DNA from: an uncultured Hyphomicrobiales bacterium
Lineage (GTDB): Bacteria; Pseudomonadota; Alphaproteobacteria; Rhodospirillales; 2-02-FULL-58-16
Assembly: GCA_964511465.1 (NCBI GenBank)
Contig: CAZEFJ010000004.1
Coordinates: 1 to 29,478, forward strand
Direction of reading: 5' to 3'
Length of the DNA stretch: 29,478 bases
Shown here: positions 25,863-29,478 of the stretch, in pieces
Layout: each line of letters starts with the position of its first letter
How positions within the stretch are numbered: the first letter of the stretch is position 1
Translations under genes and position numbers: made by a program
Notes under the pieces: model-generated
What the model was told of the DNA's origin: nothing
Seen by the model: only the letters and a program-made list of their open reading frames with translations
Database searches by the model: none

Positions 25863-27061
25863 AGGCCGATGCGATTGGCCCTATCGGTGAAAAATATACC
25901 GCTGGGGTTGGTCGCCGGTAATTCAGCAACTTTCTTGAACGTCGCGGTATCGTAAACCACGATTTTATTATCATCGCGTGACGAAACCCAAACCTCTTCA
26001 CCGCGCGGCGTAAATTCCATATGCAGTACGCCCTTGCCCGGTTTCAGGGTCTTGATTATTTTTTTCGTCGGTACGTCGATAATCTGTACGGCATCGTTGT
26101 TGGGAAAGGCAAAATTAACCCAGGCTTGCCTTCCATCTGGACGCGCAATAACAAAGACAGGCTGTCCGTAGGTCGGAATCAGCGCCGTCTGCCGCCAGTT
26201 TTCAAGATCGGCAACAATTACCTCGTGGCGACCGACGCCGGGAAAAAGGGCCGAGCCGGAAGCAATCGCCCAACCTTCCAGATGCGGCATTTTATAGACC
26301 GGCAACTTCTCGTCACCCTTGCCGTAGTCCCCAAGAATACGCTTTACCCCGGCCTCTGGGTGCCACAGGTCCAGCTTGGCCAGGCCGTCCTCTCCGAACA
26401 GCCCGGCAATGTAGTAGCGCCCGTCCGGGGTAATCAGGCCGTCATAGGGCTGTTTGCCGATCCCTTTGAATTTGGTGATCGAGGGATTTTTGCTGTTTCG
26501 CATGTCGGCGATCCAAATCTCGCCGGCATCGTAAAGAGTGAATACAAAACGCTGACCCGGCGCGTCCACAAGACCCACCACTCTTGACATCTGTCCGTCC
26601 ACGGAAGCAGGTATATCGGCCACTGGATCAAGGGTTTCAGCATCGAAAACGCGCACCCCGCCAGGCTTGTAGTTGGAAACTGCGACCAGTCGGCCGTCCT
26701 GTGATATGGCACCGCCGATACTGTTGCCAGCCTGGATAATGCGTTTTACCAGGCGTCTGCCAAGCAGGTCGATCTTGGACAACCCGCCATCACGGCCGAA
26801 AACATAGGCATAGCGCCCATCACGCGAAAAAGTGACGGAGGCATGGCTAAGATCCCCGAGCCCCTCGATACGGGCCAGCCTGGAATGGTTGGTGGTTTCG
26901 ATAATCAGCACCGATCCGGTTGCACGCTCGATGACCACACCGAGGTCTCCGGTGCCGCGAACCGAAGCACAGGCGCTTAAAGTCAGCCACAGCACCGCGA
27001 ACAGGATGACGTTGACAAAATATCGCCGGGGCCTGGCCCGGAATCCGGCAAAGGTAATCAT
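25859..27061 (-). CDS. nirF: Heme d1 biosynthesis beta-propeller protein NirF, probable lipoprotein
   Basis: GDLGVVIERATG, GDLSHAS, YKMPHLEGW, GQPVFV and HMEFTPRG. Start placed at ATG 27061 (ATGA overlap with the nirC stop), giving a signal peptide that ends in lipobox LSAC. Confidence 0.92.
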   Translation of the reverse strand: MITFAGFRARPRRYFVNVILFAVLWLTLSACASVRGTGDLGVVIERATGSVLIIETTNHSRLARIEGLGDLSHASVTFSRDGRYAYVFGRDGGLSKIDLLGRRLVKRIIQAGNSIGGAISQDGRLVAVSNYKPGGVRVFDAETLDPVADIPASVDGQMSRVVGLVDAPGQRFVFTLYDAGEIWIADMRNSKNPSITKFKGIGKQPYDGLITPDGRYYIAGLFGEDGLAKLDLWHPEAGVKRILGDYGKGDEKLPVYKMPHLEGWAIASGSALFPGVGRHEVIVADLENWRQTALIPTYGQPVFVIARPDGRQAWVNFAFPNNDAVQIIDVPTKKIIKTLKPGKGVLHMEFTPRGEEVWVSSRDDNKIVVYDTATFKKVAELPATNPSGIFFTDRANRIGL

Positions 27062-27465
27062 TGCAATCCTCTCCCTTCTTTCAGAGCAGTCGCCAGCCAT
27101 CTCGCCTCATCCGGCGTAAGATACGGTCGCCAGGGCGGCATCGGAGTACCGGGAACGCCATTGAGAATAATTTCACTAATCACAGCCACAGACTTGTCGG
27201 CCAGATCCTGGGGCCTTATCGCCGCCCCCAGACCACCCTGTCGCGTCAGCCCGTGACAGGCCCCGCAATCACTTTTAAGAAGGCGCATAATCTCTGTATG
27301 TCTGGGCGTTTCGGTCTGTTTTTCCAAGTTTGCTTTTCCGCCATTAACGGAAGCCCCGCCACCGGCGGAAGAAGAACAGGCAGCGAGAAGCCCCAAGCCC
27401 GCCGCGAGGATCAGGTTACGCCCCGAGCGAACGTATTTTCTTCGCTTTTTCAATTGCTTCCTCAT
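27058..27465 (-). CDS. nirC: Monoheme cytochrome c55X NirC; start uncertain (ATG 27465 or a downstream TTG)
   Basis: DCGACHGLTRQGGLG (CxxCH) and GVPGTPMPPW (axial Met); position between nirE and nirF; lipobox LAAC. Confidence 0.88.
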   Translation of the reverse strand: MRKQLKKRRKYVRSGRNLILAAGLGLLAACSSSAGGGASVNGGKANLEKQTETPRHTEIMRLLKSDCGACHGLTRQGGLGAAIRPQDLADKSVAVISEIILNGVPGTPMPPWRPYLTPDEARWLATALKEGRGLQ

Positions 27466-28216
27466 ATTCCAGATTTTGCCAGTTTAACGGCTCGGTCAGG
27501 CTTGCCACCCTACCTATCACTATGAGAACCGGCGATTGAAATTTTTTCTCGACGACCTTCTCGGATAATTTTTCCAGCGTCGTCAGACATTGCCGCTGGT
27601 CCGGCGTGGTGCCGTTGGTTACGGCGACGACCGGAGTCTCGCCAGCCAGCCCCGCCGCGATTAATTGCTTGGTGATAACCGGCAGGCTGGACAGCCCCAT
27701 ATAGAATACGATTGTTGTTTCCGGGTCGGCCATACCGGCCCAGTCGAGGTCTAGTTCAGCATCGACGCGGCAATGTCCGGTGGCAAACCGTACCCCCGTC
27801 GCCATCCCTCTGTGAGTAAGCGGCAAGCCCAGCGATGCCGAAATCCCCGAGGCCGCAGTTACCCCCGGAATAACCTCGAAAGCAACCGAATGTTCGGCAA
27901 GGTAAAGTGCTTCCTCGCTGCCGCGGCCAAAAATAAATGGATCGCCGCCCTTAAGGCGAACTACCGCTTTATTGGCCTTTGCCAGGCTGACCAAAAGTTC
28001 GTTTATCTGATCCTGGGGCATATGGTGACGCCCCGATTCCTTACCGACGAATATACGGGCATGCCCGGCCGGAACCAGATTTAGAATTTCGTCGGAAACC
28101 AGACGGTCATAAACCACCACATCGGCCTGCTCTAGAAGCCTGCAGGCCTTTACCGTCAGCAGGTCGGGATCACCCGGACCGGCCCCAACCAGATAGACAC
28201 AGCCAACCTTGACCAC
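27416..28216 (-). CDS. nirE: Uroporphyrinogen-III C-methyltransferase NirE (SUMT)
   Basis: VYLVGAGPGDPDLLT, RLKGGDPFIFGRGSEE, IPGVTAA and YMG motifs; GTG start with upstream GAGGTG. Confidence 0.93.
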   Translation of the reverse strand: MVKVGCVYLVGAGPGDPDLLTVKACRLLEQADVVVYDRLVSDEILNLVPAGHARIFVGKESGRHHMPQDQINELLVSLAKANKAVVRLKGGDPFIFGRGSEEALYLAEHSVAFEVIPGVTAASGISASLGLPLTHRGMATGVRFATGHCRVDAELDLDWAGMADPETTIVFYMGLSSLPVITKQLIAAGLAGETPVVAVTNGTTPDQRQCLTTLEKLSEKVVEKKFQSPVLIVIGRVASLTEPLNWQNLEYEEAIEKAKKIRSLGA

Positions 28217-28261
28217 GGACAGATCACCTCGTCTTAAGGCTCAAACGCAATCGGCCATATG

Positions 28262-28301
28262 AAAAAGAAAAGGGGGCCGGAGCATACAAACCCCGGCCCC
28301 C
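28262..28301 (-). terminator. Intrinsic terminator between nirS and nirE
   Basis: 9-bp perfect GC stem (28272-28280 with 28293-28301), followed on the minus strand by TTTTCTTTTT, about 20 bp after the nirS stop. Confidence 0.8.
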
Positions 28302-28320
28302 CCAACGAATTTGCCTTCGA

Positions 28321-29478
<1,158 letters not shown>

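Overview
The window comes from an alphaproteobacterial chromosome, probably Rhodospirillales-like; this is inferred from gene order and protein style. It has four parts. (1) The edge of an integrative element: an intact P4-like tyrosine integrase directly downstream of a CAT-anticodon tRNA (most likely tRNA-Ile2), with arm-type repeats and a perfect IHF consensus in between. The cargo lies outside the window. (2) A core housekeeping block: yqeY-dnaG-rpoD-tRNA on the minus strand, carA-carB-greA, a 90-aa hypothetical gene, mnmA and pcm. (3) A six-gene hyfBCEFGI-like operon whose large subunit lacks the NiFe-binding cysteine motifs. This makes it an Ehr (energy-converting hydrogenase-related) complex of unknown function rather than a hydrogenase. 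(4) A convergent cytochrome cd1 nitrite reductase and heme d1 cluster, nirS(partial)-E-C-F-D-L-G-H-J-N. The most notable non-coding signal is two 150-165 bp inverted-repeat elements (about 11494-11659 and 21082-21231). Each lies between convergent genes, overlaps a TAG stop codon, begins TAG-RGTSTTYCCG and encloses a hairpin core flanked by GCAAGG...CGCAG. They look like one MITE/REPIN-like family. All calls were made by eye from the sequence and the ORF track; no database searches were run.
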